Shown here in pieces: positions 46,326-60,300 of a stretch of DNA of 64,000 bases. How positions within the stretch are numbered: the first letter of the stretch is position 1; each line of letters starts with the position of its first letter. Below the pieces are notes generated by a model that saw only the letters and a list, made by a program, of their open reading frames with translations, was not told the origin of the DNA and made no database searches. A program made the position numbers and the translations under genes. Source of the stretch: Podarcis liolepis (Eukaryota); the NCBI GenBank assembly GCA_965112155.1, contig OZ218102.1. One strand, 5' to 3'.

Positions 46326-48891
46326 TCCAGGCACCATAGTTAATTATAAAGAATTATGTCAGAATGTGGGTGGGAACACACTTCACAGTTCATCGGCATT
46401 CAGATGCACATGTGTGTGTGCATCTGATTATATCTGTGGTTCATTAGTCAGATATGTGAGGGGGGAAACAGCCTCTTTCCTCTTGTCTGTATTGTGTCCT
46501 AGCCTGGCCTGGCCCTGACAAGGAGTCCATGAGGCACAGCTGAGCAACACAGGTTGGTGGTTGCAGGACCATGCACAGCTCCAAGGGAAGGCTGGAGGTG
46601 AACTGAGTCCACTTGACCCATGGCCTTCACCCCACCCCTCCCAAGCCCTGCTTCCCTTGTTCAAAGAATGGAGAACCTCAACAGGCCAACCACCTGTCCT
46701 GGAGATTACCTGGTGTGCTTCCTGTGCAATTAGGCAGGGATAGTAGTTCCGGAGGCCCATGGACTTCTGAAGGTCCTTGCTCTGATTCAGTGGCAGACTC
46801 ATCAGGAGTTAAGCTGTTTAAAGGTTTAAGACTGGGGCCATGACTAACTGTGTGGCCAAGAGTTTTCATTCATACTTTGTTCACATCTAATTCACTTATA
46901 ACCCAGGCTATGCTAAATTCTTCTCAAGAATTTTCCAAGATTCTCAGGTTCTTATCACTCACTGTTCTCTTTGTACAAGTGGTGCTGCATGCATCTTGCA
47001 CAACAGAACTATGCATATGATCATTTTCTGCTTTATTTGGTTTCTCTCACCGGTGGAAAACTACATCTTGGCTTTACATCGTAACATGTTTATGTAGAAA
47101 ATAGGAGCCTCATTTAGATGAAAAGAGCAACAATGGGTTTTTTTTGGGGGGGTGTAAACTCTTATTCATCCAGCCAAAATAAGATCAAACTTTTCCAGTT
47201 GCTGAGCATGAAATGAATACTATTTCAGTCTTAATAGATATGCCAGATTTTCGCTGTGATGTGTTAACCATCCTTGCTCTCAGCTTACCAAAAATATATC
47301 ATTTTCCTGGGATGACGAACCAGATCTAGTGGGGGGTGGTTCAGTGATGAAAAGCAAAGTTCTGCTGCTGTAGTTAATTGTGTGAGTGAGTGTGCGTATC
47401 ATCATTATTATCATTTACTGAATTGATATACCGTCCTATACTTGGGGGTCACAGAATGCATGTGTATGCATATGCCCATTTGGGCAGGAAGATGATGGTT
47501 TCAGTCTATCTATCAACTCTGTTCCATACTACGAAGTACAACACTTGCTACCCACCCTCCTAGCCATCACTGTGGCAACTGCCACAACTGCAATCAGGTC
47601 TTGTAGCACCAGAAATCAATGACAAGGGAAGAAGGGCTGGCCCTGCCATTATGGGTGTCCACAAGCACGTACCGGGGGGGGGACATGCCCCCCAGAATCC
47701 AAAAGTATTTATTTATTTTGACGTACACAGACACATGTATATCCAGCTAGTTAACAAGAGGTTGAGCATGATCTGAGACCACTGCTACTGTGAGCGGCTG
47801 CCAAACTTGGACTCTCTGTATTTTTCTGGAGGAGATAGTTCCCGGACCAGCAGGCAGCTCACAAGAATGCTGCTAGTTCTGGGCTAAGAGTGCTGTTGGG
47901 ATACTGCCAGGGAGACAAAGTCCATCATGGCCCCAAGTCGTCTGCCGGACAATCCATCGATCTCCCGTAGGCACGCAGTATCAGCAATTAGCGACATGAG
48001 TTTCTAGAAAATATCTTGCCACATTCCAGAGCTCATGCATACTCTATCAGCAGATAATTCACAGCAAAAGTCGCACTCAGGAGAGCATTATTTACAAGTT
48101 TTATTCAGCGTTGATCAGAACAAAGAAAGACATGACTGCCTACTTCAGTGTCTCCAGACACAGAGAGAAAACGAAAGCAATAGAAAGCATAAACATCCTG
48201 TGAACAGGAAATACGCAGACTCTGTGACTCTCAAAGCCTGCTCCCTTTTAAGGTGGAACGGAAATATCATAACAAGTGCTACTTCTGCTAATGTTGTAAG
48301 GTATGGAAATCCTAGAAATACAATTATAGTATAAAAAGTTGTGATGCCTTTTAAAAAAAACATATATTGTTATTTATTTCCAACATCAACGTAGCAGCAA
48401 TCAAATAAAAAATAAAATCAGATTGCAGGTGAAGATTAAATTTTTGAATGCTGCCTCCCCATTAAATAAAGAAGAAGAAAAAACCCTGCAGATAGAAAGC
48501 TAGCACTGTAGGTAAAGGTTACACACCAGCCTTCTCTTTGCTCTGTTAGTTTTCTTCCTTCAGGGATTTTATTTTATGGAAAGCTTTCAGAATCTAATCC
48601 CTCATCTGTAGTCTACCATCTGAGCAGTCTTTTGCCTTACTCTGCAGCAAGTGTTGTGAAGCAATCATCCATCCATCCCAATGAGCTAAATTCAGGCTAG
48701 ATCCAACCTTTGGCATGCACCTGCAAATATCAGTAAGCTCCTGCCTTTTCAATATTTGCCAACTCTTTCTTTTGAACTCTGCTCCTCTCTCCGCAACCTG
48801 CACTGGTTTGAGTAGCTTCTTCCATCAGCTATGCATATCCATCAGCTATCACAAGAAAATTTCCTGCCCCTATTTTTAAAACCTAGGCTTC

Positions 48892-48924
<33 letters not shown>

Positions 48925-51900
48925 CATAAATTTTAAAAACATTATCTTTTTGGCCTTTGAGGTCTACACACTTACAGTCAATGTCACCTCCTTGACTTGC
49001 ATTTTGACCTTCTTGCTCAGGTCACTTTTAATCAAAGTTTGATGGGCACATCTGAAATTATGGCCTGGTTCTGGACCCTCCCTTCTTCTTTTTGCTCTGG
49101 TACAGTCACCTTAGGGAGTGTAAGGGGTTGCCTGTCAGCAGGATTACAGTATATAGCAATGCTAGGTGTGTGGATGTAATTAAACAGTCTTCAGCCATCC
49201 TGCCAGTTGTTTTTGCTCACACAGATCTAAAGAACGAAGCATTCACTTGCATGTATCTTAGTGACTGCCTTGGAATCTTTTCCCTGTATCTCTGCTGCAT
49301 TTGCTTTTGAAACTCTTCTTGTGGGTCTTTGGACCATAATAAAAAATGTTGTTGTCATTGCATAAATCTTACTCTGTAGGGAATCAGTATGGGAGGGGGG
49401 AAATAAAAAGGGAGCCTTCCCTGTGTCTCCAGAGGCCAGATTAAAGAACTATGGGAAACGAGGACATCCTCTCTCAAGAGTCAGATCTTGGAGATCCAAA
49501 ATGGGGAGAGGCCGTGCAGGAAAAGTAAACTGAGCTGGAGGTTCAGGTGGTCTCAATACCTAAGAGTGCCTTTTACTGGCCTTGGCTGATAGGACAGCTG
49601 TGGCCATTCCTGTATTGGGATGGCTTAATTCCAGTAGCCCAGGCATTGGTTTCAAGAGTGGATTGTTGCAATGCTGCAATGCCAAACAGAATGAATGGGA
49701 TCTACCTTGGCCCTCCTGGACAATCACAAAGGGGGTTGTCATCCTGGCATTTAAGGTTGTACCAGCTACTTTTTCGACTTCCTTCTTTGTGCTATGGCAG
49801 TGTGGTCTAAGCAAGTCACCCTGTGGGGGTCTGAGTAGGGTTTGTGTGTGTCTGTGTCATTGATTCACCCCTTGGACTGCTCCCACCACCACCACTGACT
49901 CCACATTGCCTGCAGTTCTAACTGAGTGTGGTTGGTTATTTAATTTGCTGCTGTTCTTCCTTGATTGGCATGTAACCGATGTGGCCAGGGGTGTGGATTT
50001 TTTCAATGGAAAGTGTAAGCAACCTGAGGCCTCCTTGGGTGAAGACCACTTTCCAACCACCTTCCATCACTGACTAGTTGGCAGGTTTTTTGGTGGGTGC
50101 TCTTTGGGGGTCTAGAATATGTACTCCGATGAATGCTGGACAGCAGGGCCGAGGTACACAAGTTAAGTACTCATACCCACTGTTCTACCAGGAGGCAGGT
50201 AATTTTGTCTCTCATCCTAATATTTGGAGATGGAGACCAGGTGCAGTGCCTGGGGGAATGGAACAATGCATCCCTACCTGACTTACCCAAGCTCCACCTG
50301 CCCACATTTTCATAATTGGGTTGAATTGGCTCCAGCTCTTTATGTTCTATAATAAATATGACCTTTAGTGCTGCAAATGCTGCCTCTCTCGAGTCTTCTT
50401 CCTGGGTGTGCGGGCAATTAATTTTTTCATGCGGCGGCACCTATGCTTTGGCATTCTCTGCCTCTTAATATTAGGCAGACACCTTCACTATACTGCTGTA
50501 GACATCTGTTAAAAACTTTTCTTTGATTTCACAAAGTCGACCCAGACATACACTTTTATCTCTGCATTTTTGTATTTCATCTCTGTGTTATTTTAGTTTG
50601 CTTAATGTACAGTGTTTAGATATTTATTTTATTTTTTATCAACCTGTCTAAATAAATAAGTCCAAGAGCTGGCCTCTTAGCTGTAAACTGCCTGGTTAGC
50701 AACCCCCACCCCCCAAAAAGCCTATTAGTGTGCAGGGGGCATTAACTGGCATGCTGTGGTCTACTGGTGCACTTTCTTGTCTATTCTGGCTATTGCAGTT
50801 CCTTTCCTTAGCTAAACATAGGTACGCATACACATAGACCAGAGGCTATCAACATGGTGGCCTTCAGCTGTTCTGACCTACAGCTCCCATCAGCCCCAAT
50901 GGCCAGGGATGATATGATGGGAATTGTAGTTAAAATAATTTGAAAGGCATCTACTTAGCTGTCCTTGACTTGGACCAGTCCACACCTGACATCCCTCAAA
51001 ATACCAGTTCAAGGCCTGCTGCAGACTTGACTCCTAACACACCATGTAACACTTTACACAGCCTATGTGTTGGCCATGCAAGCACATTCTCTTATGGATC
51101 TGCAGGTAAACACTATTAGCAATGCACAGGCATGCAGATTACAAGAGGGCCTTTGGGAACCTGTCTGCATATACCATCCGATGCTTCTTCCTGTGTTAAG
51201 CAACTATTTGCTTTCCCACAAATGCATCCTGCTCATAGCATTTTCAGCAGAGTTAATAGGTCCCTCATTATGCTTACAGCATGCCTGTGATTATTTACTG
51301 AGTTAATTAATGATTTATATTCAAAAAGCAAGAGAGGCCATATTGGGCAATTGAAGGGTTGAAAGTCTGTATTGAAACGCATCTGGTCATAATTAAGATT
51401 TACTGTGGAATTCCATTTTGCCAAAAGATTAATTACAGGCAGCTAAATGAATATCATCATGGCTGATTGACATGTACACCATGAACAATTCAATCTGGGG
51501 AGCACACTTTACATTCCCCTGCCTTGTTTCAAGTAAGTAAAGATACTTAGCCCAGACAAGAATTCCTGGTAACTAGTGAAATTCCCACCATGTGGAATTC
51601 TCATCATATGGAAATGTGAGTATATAAAGATGAGAGCCCCAATTTCCCTTTCTCCCTGCTCTCTCCTGCTCTCTAACATTTCCATCATCATCAGTTTTGT
51701 ATGCCATTTCCCCACGATAAACCATGTGCAAAATGGCTCACTAGAACATCAGAAAAGTTTAAGTAACATATAACAGAAAATTCAAGCATCTTGAATTAAT
51801 AAATAAATGTATCATAAAATCCAGTAATCCAGTAATAATTCATGCTAAGGCCTAACAACAGAAATATAAAAAGATGCAACAACTGTGCATCTTAGCCAAA

Positions 51901-53394
51901 GCCAAATATTACTCCTGGAAACAACTGTGAGGCAGACACACACACACACACACACCTGCTAGGCTACATGCAGATGAGCCTAACAAAAAGACAGGGACCA
52001 GGTCTTGCAGGGTTCACAGCTAGATGGTATCCTTAGTTCTGTCTGTTGCCTTATCTGGTCATTGTTTCCCTGTGAATGCCCCACAGTTTTCATCCTTCCT
52101 TTACTTCCAGGCCATTCCACATTCCACATTCCAGCCCTTTCCTGTGTGTGGTTTCTAAGCATGCAAATATGTTTGGGGTGAGGGCAGGGATTGGCTGGTG
52201 CTGTGACAAAGGCACTGTAGACTTCTTAAAGCTATAGAAAGTGATGGCATCACTTTATGGCATTTCTATGGGCAAGGAAATTACAACAGCAGGGGGCGTG
52301 GGGGGTCTTCTCTACAAAGTGAAAGGTGATATGAAAATGAGTGGCAGCATTTTGTCCCAGCTGCAGTTTCTGGGTCATGATCAAAGGTAATGAAAAAAGT
52401 TCTACAAATAAATTAGTTTCTGGCCAAAATGTTCTCGTTAGAAATATACTAACAGCCTTTTCTCATCCCCGAGCCATGTGAAGCAAAGAACAAAAGCCCA
52501 TTTCTGGCTCAAAATTGACAAACATCTGTACTGCTGAAGACATTTTTATTATCCTGTACCTAGATGTTGTTCTTAAACATAAATAAAAATATACCAAAAA
52601 GGGGAAGGGAGGGGAGGAAAGAAGGAAAGAAAGGAGCCAGACATGTAATAGCTTGTGTGCAGTATAAGAAATGAAAGAAACTCGTACAGAATTAGGTAGC
52701 AGCTGTGGATGTATTTCAAGGATATTATGTATATATATAGTCTCTTAAATTCTTATTTACAGCATCTCTCAGGAAAAGATACCAGATGGTACTAGATGAT
52801 GTAGGTGCTAATAAGAATACTGAGGGGACAAGTGCACTATGGATATCTCTGTTTGGCTCACTCTGGAATCATTTAGATCTGAGGCATCTATCCGGGGGTC
52901 AGAAGGTTATGCTCGCATTGGATGGCAGAGTTTTCCTGTTGACAAGATCATTGCATAGTCAACCATCTGGCCTTCCAAAAATATTAATCTTATCTGAAAG
53001 GTGTGCCCCCAGAAGCATACATCATTGTAATGGTACCCAGAGACTGCAATGATGGGGTTGCCTATCTTCGTTCTGTAGCTTTCGGTAAGGCACAAGACCT
53101 GCAAATATATTGACTTATGGACTAATTGAGCACACTAAATAATGCTATCATTTTTATACTCCCCCCCCACCCCACCCAGGATGCTAAAATTCACCTGCAA
53201 TTTAGAGTAGAAACCGATTCACGGATGATTCCAACTTCTAATGAGCTTCTTGGCCACATGGTTGAAGAATCCAGAAAGTGAATGAAATTATTCTCAGACA
53301 TGTTCAGTCATAGAGAATGTCATTTTCACAGATGACACTGAAAGCTGCTTAAGCAGCTCTTGCACTTCTTTGTGAGCACTGTGTGTCTGTAGTG

Positions 53395-53504
53395 TCTGGC
53401 AGCAAGTCTCCAGGATATTAGGGAGAAATTTTCCCCAGTCCTACCTGAAGATGGTGTGACCTTCTGCATACAAGGCAGGTGCTATAGCTCTGAGTTATTG
53501 CCCT
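53395..53504 (-). mobile_element. Degenerate tRNA-derived SINE (Squam2-like)
   Basis: Reverse complement has ..AACTCAG..AGCACCTGCCTTGTATGCAGAAGGTC..CAGGTAGGACTGGG..CCTGGAGA..TGCTGCCAG. A similar head is at ~34050-34105. Confidence 0.45.
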
Positions 53505-54335
53505 TTGGATGCTATCAGATGCATGTGTAAGAAAGGATGAGAGCGAGGATCAGACCTCTTTTCTTGTGCAGTGGTTCAAATACAATCATTTACATGTTGA
53601 CACTGATGCATCTGAAAGCGTTAACAAGTGGATTTCGCACCCCCATCCCATATTTAATCATTTTCATGATAGCATGCCCTTAAAAGGGAGATAAATGGGC
53701 ATCTAATCCTTAGCTCTATGGAATGAACATTTCTGGTCAATAACCAGCTTTGGGAAGGAAACTATTGCTCATCTCACAAACAGGGCTTCATAAATCTTCA
53801 TCTTGATAGGAGATAATTGTGAGAGGAGCTGGGAGATGTTACAATTCACTCTGTCTCTAAAGCCAAATATTCTTGTACTTTGTTTCCCTCAAACTCTCCT
53901 CCTGCCTCTTCGATGCTCATGTTCACCTTTTGTTGTTTCTTATGATAATGATCTGCAAAATCAATCTCCCAGGACATTTTGGGGATGAATGTGGAGCCAC
54001 TATGCTAAAAAAAAATTGAGAGAGTGAGAGAGCGCTGAGCATGAATTTGCTGAGTTATAATTCATTCAAAATTCAATACTTGTTGTGCTAGGATCTAGAA
54101 CAGTGCTAAAAATTTCCCAAATTATATATATTTTTTAAAAAAGTAGGACCTAGTAGGGCTGTGCAAGTCACCTCCAGTTTGATTTGGGGCCCAATTCAGC
54201 AATCCTGATCTGGCCCCAATTTTGGCTGGATTGCTCCACGCCTAACTAATTGCAAATACAAAACAACAGAATGGGTGAAGACAGAATATTTCTCCTTGTG
54301 CTTAATTTCTATTTGCAGAATTTTGAACACACACA

Positions 54336-54510
54336 CAGTGCTTTTTTCTGGGGGTACGCAGGGGTATGCATACCCCTAAACATTTTGTAAATCATTGTAC
54401 TTTTGTCCATTTACTGTATTTATTTGTCCCAATTTGAACTATAAAATGGTGATTTTCTTGAGTCAAAATGAGAGTACTCCTGAACATTTTTTAAAAGAAA
54501 AAAAGGACTG
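54336..54510. mobile_element. Short TIR element (hAT-like MITE)
   Basis: Termini CAGTGCTTTTTT / AAAAAAGGACTG; TSD not evident. Confidence 0.6.
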
Positions 54511-56323
54511 TAAATATAGCAGGAGCATCCAAAATTAGAATCACCACCTGTAGACTGAAGCCATATTATTATTATTATTAAACTTATTAGTTGCTTGTCA
54601 CCCGAAGGTCTCCACACAACTTAAGCAAAGAAAAATACACAATGCACAATACCATAGGGGAAGAAAGCAGGGGGAATCATATAATACATTAATATTTCAT
54701 ATAACACCCATGGGGCAAAAACACCATACAGCCGTATAAATAGTAGCGAACAACATGAACAATAGTCAAAGAATAAACAAAGCAATAATCTGAGCCACTA
54801 ATTATCAAATAAATAAAACCTCAGCCTCCCCCCTAGTCCAAAATTTTTTTACATCGGACCAACAATTTTTCTCATTTAGCCTCCCTACCCCACCCAGAAG
54901 TCTGGTGTTAAGGCCAGCTGCTACAAATCAGTGGTGGGTGGTCCAGTGTCCTCTGTGGATGCTCTGCCATCTCTCTTCAGTGGTGAGCAATCACAAAGGA
55001 GCAGTAACAGTGTTTTTTCAAGAATGTGCAAAGAATCCTCATGCATCTGGAGTGCCAGCGGGAAGCCACAAAGGTAGTGATGGAATCATGAGAGTTCTAA
55101 AATGTGGGCATCTAGCTGAGTGTAGTATCTGTCAGGACCAAGAATGGCTGCAGCCAGCTGAGCCACTGTGACCACATAAAGGCTCTTTGTCTTTTGTGTG
55201 AATTTGCAATGGACATGTTTAAATCTTTCTTGATTGAACTCTTTGGCAAGAACATACCCAGTATCATACATTTGCATAGGGGATAGCCAACATGGCACCT
55301 GTGTGCATTCTTCCGTGGTTCCTGCAGAGTCCTTGCCCATGCTGAAATTTGTCTTGAAAGAAGCATTCTCCTGTACAAATAAAATAGGACTTGATATTTG
55401 TGTGGTTGTGGCATGTAGTTGAGGTGCCCATGACATTTTCTCCGCTTTGCAAATATGCCCAAGGGCCCCTTGGTCATGCTTTGCCATTTTCCAGCAATTC
55501 TGATGAATAGCATGCAACATGCTATTCATTGCTCCTCACTGGATTTCTTCAAAATCTCTATATTTTTGCTTCACCCCATTGGTGGTTCTCCTTGTTTACT
55601 GTGAGCTCTGGGCCCCAGGTATCTATGGCTGGTCCTTACCTGCCCATGCCACACAGCTGTCTGGTTAGACTCCCACATTCTCTTAACTTTCCCCGTGACT
55701 TTGATTACTACCCCATTGTTTCAAAACCCTCTATCTTTCCTCCATGCCGACTCTACTCAAATGACAGAAATATGTGTATCTTCCATCTGTTGGAGCAAAG
55801 GTGAAGTTCTAGGCAGATGCGTAGACTCTCTTCTAGGTATGGGCAAGTTTGCCATTGTCTGGGATCTACTGCTCCGTGTTAATGAGATGACCACCACCAA
55901 GATATTACCAAAAGGGACAGAATGCAACACCATGGCTCATTAGCTGCACAGACTGAGACAAGCTCACCACACCTGTGAATTGTGAACTTCTCATTGACTT
56001 CAGCACGGAGCTCAAAGACCAGGTCCTAATCTACATGGCACTTAATGGACTGGAACACAACTACTTCAGAGCTCAGCTTACACTCCTTGGTTCCACAAGC
56101 CAATGGCAAACTGTAGGGGTGTTACAGCCAAGCTCTCACTATCCATAACTGACAACAGAGTTTTATCAGAAGCTGCTGACTAAACAGAGGACAGCCCTGA
56201 ATGTGCTCTGAAGTCAGATGAATAACATCTTTAAATGAAAACTTCAATGAAAATTGCTGCACTAAATATAAATGTTACCTGCCCTGTGCAATGCTACAAT
56301 TCTCTATGGATGTTTAAGCTTTC

Positions 56324-56361
<38 letters not shown>

Positions 56362-57544
56362 GCAAATAAAAACTTACCTATTATTTATTTAAGCCTGGAA
56401 ACATAAGAAAGCAGCACTTTAGAAAAATACAAGCAATTCTTCTCCCTTCCCAATCATCTGGTGACATCCACATTTATCAGATTACATGTGCATTGTCATA
56501 TGGGTAATCCCAATTGTTTGATATAATCTAGGCCTTGGATATTGTTGACCATACGTTCTCACACATGGTTGCAGCACCTCATGGGTTTTGTAGTCTTGTG
56601 CATACCCCTGTTTCGCCTTGCAGAAGAATTTGATGACATGCTTGAGTGCAGAAAGGGTTGTGTTTCACTGGGCTGCCACTGTAAATGGCATCCCTGTACC
56701 AATTCTCCCTGCTCTGATGTTACATGCAGGATTACTTTCTGGTTGCCCCATGTTAATGACTTTGTTGTATGCTTTCCCCCCAGTAGGAGCCAATTATGTA
56801 GAGCCATTGAGGAACCATGCAAAATGACAGTGTAAATTGGACTGGCAAATCCACAACCCAATGACCTGATTCTGTACCCCTTCCCAAGATGATGAGGGAC
56901 CTTAGCCCAGATCCCACTGGGTGCGGAGGCCACGTGGCCTGCTTGCAACACCGCCCCACTCAGAAGTAGTCCAGCCTTGCCAGTTTGGGTGATGGCATTT
57001 TCCGCTATAACTAGCTTACGTATTGTGGAGGAGAGCTTGACACAAGGATGTCATTTTCAGTAGAAGCTCCACATCATACATAAGACTTCACCCATAGTAA
57101 ATGGGAAAGTGAATAGTGTTTTACACTTCCACTAATATTGTCTGGAATGCTAATGGATATCGTCGCAAGAGTTGCCTCTGCCACTGCTGAATGAAATGAT
57201 CGAAAAGGGTTGAGTGCCTATAAATTATCTTTGCTCATACCCCAAAATTGCCACTGATTAGCTGACTGTGTGTCAAATTGAATTCAGATTGCCACCAGAA
57301 AAGCTTCAGAAGTCATACTAAGAGATCCTGTGCTGAATGATGCCTCCATTGGCTGCCAGCACTCGCATTAAGAATAAAGGCTGTATTATCTCCTTGAGTT
57401 GATGGATTCCTTTCCCCTGCATCTCAAGCACACAATCTGTCTACAGCACTGCCTTTTCAAAACTTTGAACTTCCTTACCATGTTAGGTAATCTGAAGATA
57501 AATGCAAGGCAGCACTGGAAGTTAAGAACAATTCACTAAGAACT

Positions 57545-57546
<2 letters not shown>

Positions 57547-57583
<37 letters not shown>
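57547..57583. repeat. (GT)n microsatellite; others: (GT)n 24306-24337, (CA)n 48896-48924 and 51936-51954, (ATT)n 56325-56360, (TA)n 57739-57770
   Basis: Direct. Confidence 0.9.
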
Positions 57584-57585
<2 letters not shown>

Positions 57586-57651
57586 AGATCTATCATCATC
57601 TATCTACCTACAGTATCTATCTACTAAGTAGAATGTTACTGTTATAATTAT

Positions 57652-57736
57652 CTGAAGAAGTGTGTATCTGAAGAAATGTGCACACACACGAAAGCTTATA
57701 CTAGAACAAACTTAGTTGGTCTATAAGGTGCTACTG

Positions 57737-57776
<40 letters not shown>

Positions 57777-57821
57777 TTATTTTTTTGACTGCGTCAGACC
57801 AACACGGCTACCAACCTGATA
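57652..57821 (+). mobile_element. Solo pLTR of a second Penelope-like family (Neptune-type) carrying a hammerhead motif
   Basis: CTGAAGA..CACACGAAAGCTTATAC..TTAGTTGGTCT.TAAGGTGCTAC..CAGACCAACACGGCTAC resembles recalled reptile Neptune pLTRs; 10-bp TSD TTATAATTAT (57642-57651 / 57822-57831). Confidence 0.75.
57664..57701 (+). ncRNA. Minimal hammerhead ribozyme-like motif
   Basis: Stem I GUAU/AUAC, CUGAAGA, stem II UGUG/CACA, GAAA, palindromic AGCU stem III, UU cleavage site. Confidence 0.65.
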
Positions 57822-59899
57822 TTATAATTATAGATAATGCCAAGTGGCTGAGTCTTACTGTTTATTTTTATTTTTTTGTTTTGCTGGAATGGGGATTTAG
57901 AACTCCTAAAATATTGATGGCAACTTCAGTGTGATTTTTACCGCGAACCACCCGCATGAAAGATGGAGATATTAGCAGGCAGAACGGGGAGGGGGAAGAG
58001 AAAAGCACAACATCTGCAGAACTGCAAACAAATATTTAGGGGAAATGTCTGATGGAAACTCCCTCCCCACCCATTTTAAAAGCCAAGTGTATTCAGTGAT
58101 TATGGGGTGCTGACTGACTGTGTGTGAGTGTAAAACAGGAGGAAGTGAATTTAATGGAATCACTGGAATCCTAACTAGGGAACCCTCCATGCCACAACAC
58201 TTTGTGGCAGGCCCTAGTTATTGTTTTTTATTCACATTCACATGTTTTATTTACCAGAATATTCTCTTTTTGCTTCTGTCTTCCTTTGCCTGCAAAAAAC
58301 TGTATAGTCTTCCCCTCACTGGCAGATTCCTTTTGACTGGATCTTTTATTCCCTGTAGACCCAAGTGCATGAGTGTGTGGTTCTAAGGCTTCAACTGAAA
58401 ATTCCCATGAGTGTTTTTGAAAAATTCATGACATTACCGTTAAATATTCCCCACTTCTGAGATTTCGTAGAATGGGATTCGGGTACCATGCAATTGCATG
58501 CCTGTGCGTTGAAGAACAAGGCCTGGAATATTAGATTTCTGCAGTGTGTGGCTCATTTAGGTGATAAAAAGGAAAATTTGGGGCACATCTTCAAGGCAAC
58601 TTGTCAATGTAAGGATACTGTTCCTGAGTCAATCTCATAAAATGACCAGAACTGGATGGTGGGGGACAGGATGGAATCACACATCCTAAGAACACGAGCA
58701 GGGTGACCAAATACTACTATTGCCTATTGTTTGTTCTTTCTTGCAGACATCACTTGATCCAATGAACCATTTTGCAGATACCATGGGAAGATGACACCAA
58801 ATATATGAAGTACTGTGAAAGTAGAGATGGCACAGGGATGGTGAGTTACCCAAGGCATACTTGGTCGAGCAAGATTTTGAACCCAGATCCAAATTCCACA
58901 CTCTAAATTCGGGATGGGAATCCTTTGGCCCTCCAAATGTTGTGGAACTCTCATCAGCTCCAGCCAACATGGCCAATGATCAGGGATTATTGGAGTAGTA
59001 GACCAAGAGCATCTGAAGTGTACAGGTTCTCTACTCATCCTCTAGACACTATACAACATTGGCTGCTAGTTGCCTGTGGTGAGAAGAGGTTGTGGGTCCG
59101 CTCACTCACTTGGTACACATGGACTATTGATTTATTAAAGGCTATGCTTAAGATTTGCTGGTCCATATTTGCTATATTAACAATTTATTACATCTAATCA
59201 TCTTACGTAGCTTAGGTGGACATGGGGTCCAAGGGGGATATTATTACATTAGTGACACTGGAATACTCAGCTCAGCCGATTGTGTTAATTTTTAGTATGT
59301 GCCTTAAGTTCATTTTCAGTGAGTGCCCTCCAGTTCATGAAAAAGGCTAGAGGCTGCCTCTGTTTGCAGACTGTTCCTTCCTCTCATGAATGTACCTTCT
59401 TTAAACCAAGGTGTCCCAATCTCTTTAAGGGTTACAGGGAAGCCATGCATTACATCTGATCATTTGCATTACTCTTTATATATTCTTTTCCCAGTCCCAT
59501 GAGAGATGTGGGTGAACCGTTTCTATGCTGCTAAAATCAGCTGTTGGAAAACCATGAATGTATAACAAATGTAATACACAAGAGAACTGATTTAAAAGTT
59601 TTATATCTGTTTTAAAACTTACTTATGTTTTACACTTATTTTTCTCATATAAATATGTGTGTGTGTGTGAGAGAGAGAGAGATACTTTTTTCTCATATAT
59701 ATATGAGAGACTTAGTTTAAGCTTGATTTTGTCTCCAATATTTATTTTTTATTTTTTTTTGTATGCCATTTGGATGGTGGTTTCCTAAACAGGGCTCCAT
59801 TTGGTCAGCCATACTTTATTCAAGGCACTCAAACAGGTCAATGAATTCTTCTCTTTATGCACTCCCCCAACACCTAAGAGTAGGTGGAACTATCACAAG

Positions 59900-60300
59900 G
59901 TCACACCTTTATCTTAACACCTGTCAATCTTAACATCTGCGGGAAAGAGGTGGCCTTTCAGATATCTGGGGCTGAAGTCACTTAGGGATTTAAACAATAA
60001 TGTGAGCACATTGAATTGGGCCCAGAAACAAATTGGCAAGCAATGCGGCTGCTCTGGAACATGGGTTATGTGAGTTTTAAATAGAATCCCAGTCGATAAA
60101 CTGACCGGTGCATTTTGGACCAGTTGAAGCTCCTGAATTATTTTCAAGAACAGCCCAACATGGAACATGTTTCAATAATCCAGTGTGGGATTCATGGCCA
60201 AGTCATTTCTTCCAAGGGAGACCATAATTGGCAAATCAACCTGAGCCTTCATTGACAGTGTTGGGTCCAGGAACAACCCCAAGCTCTTCTCTTGATCACT
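59900..60300 (-). mobile_element. Degenerate L2 LINE ORF2 C-terminal fragment
   Basis: ORF 59914-60168 (VGLFLKIIQELQLVQNA..HITHV..HCLPICFWAQFNVLTLLFKSL..PRYLK) matches the L2 motif LQLVQNAAAR..HITPVL..LHWLP..RAQFKVL. Confidence 0.8.

Noticed and set aside
55086-55529. 147-aa and 133-aa overlapping ORFs, plus other 100-160-aa ORFs (20514-21005, 56559-56951, 46428-46802, 17387-17764)
   Set aside because: No recognisable domain, atypical composition, no splice-consistent gene model, and some overlap TE remnants.
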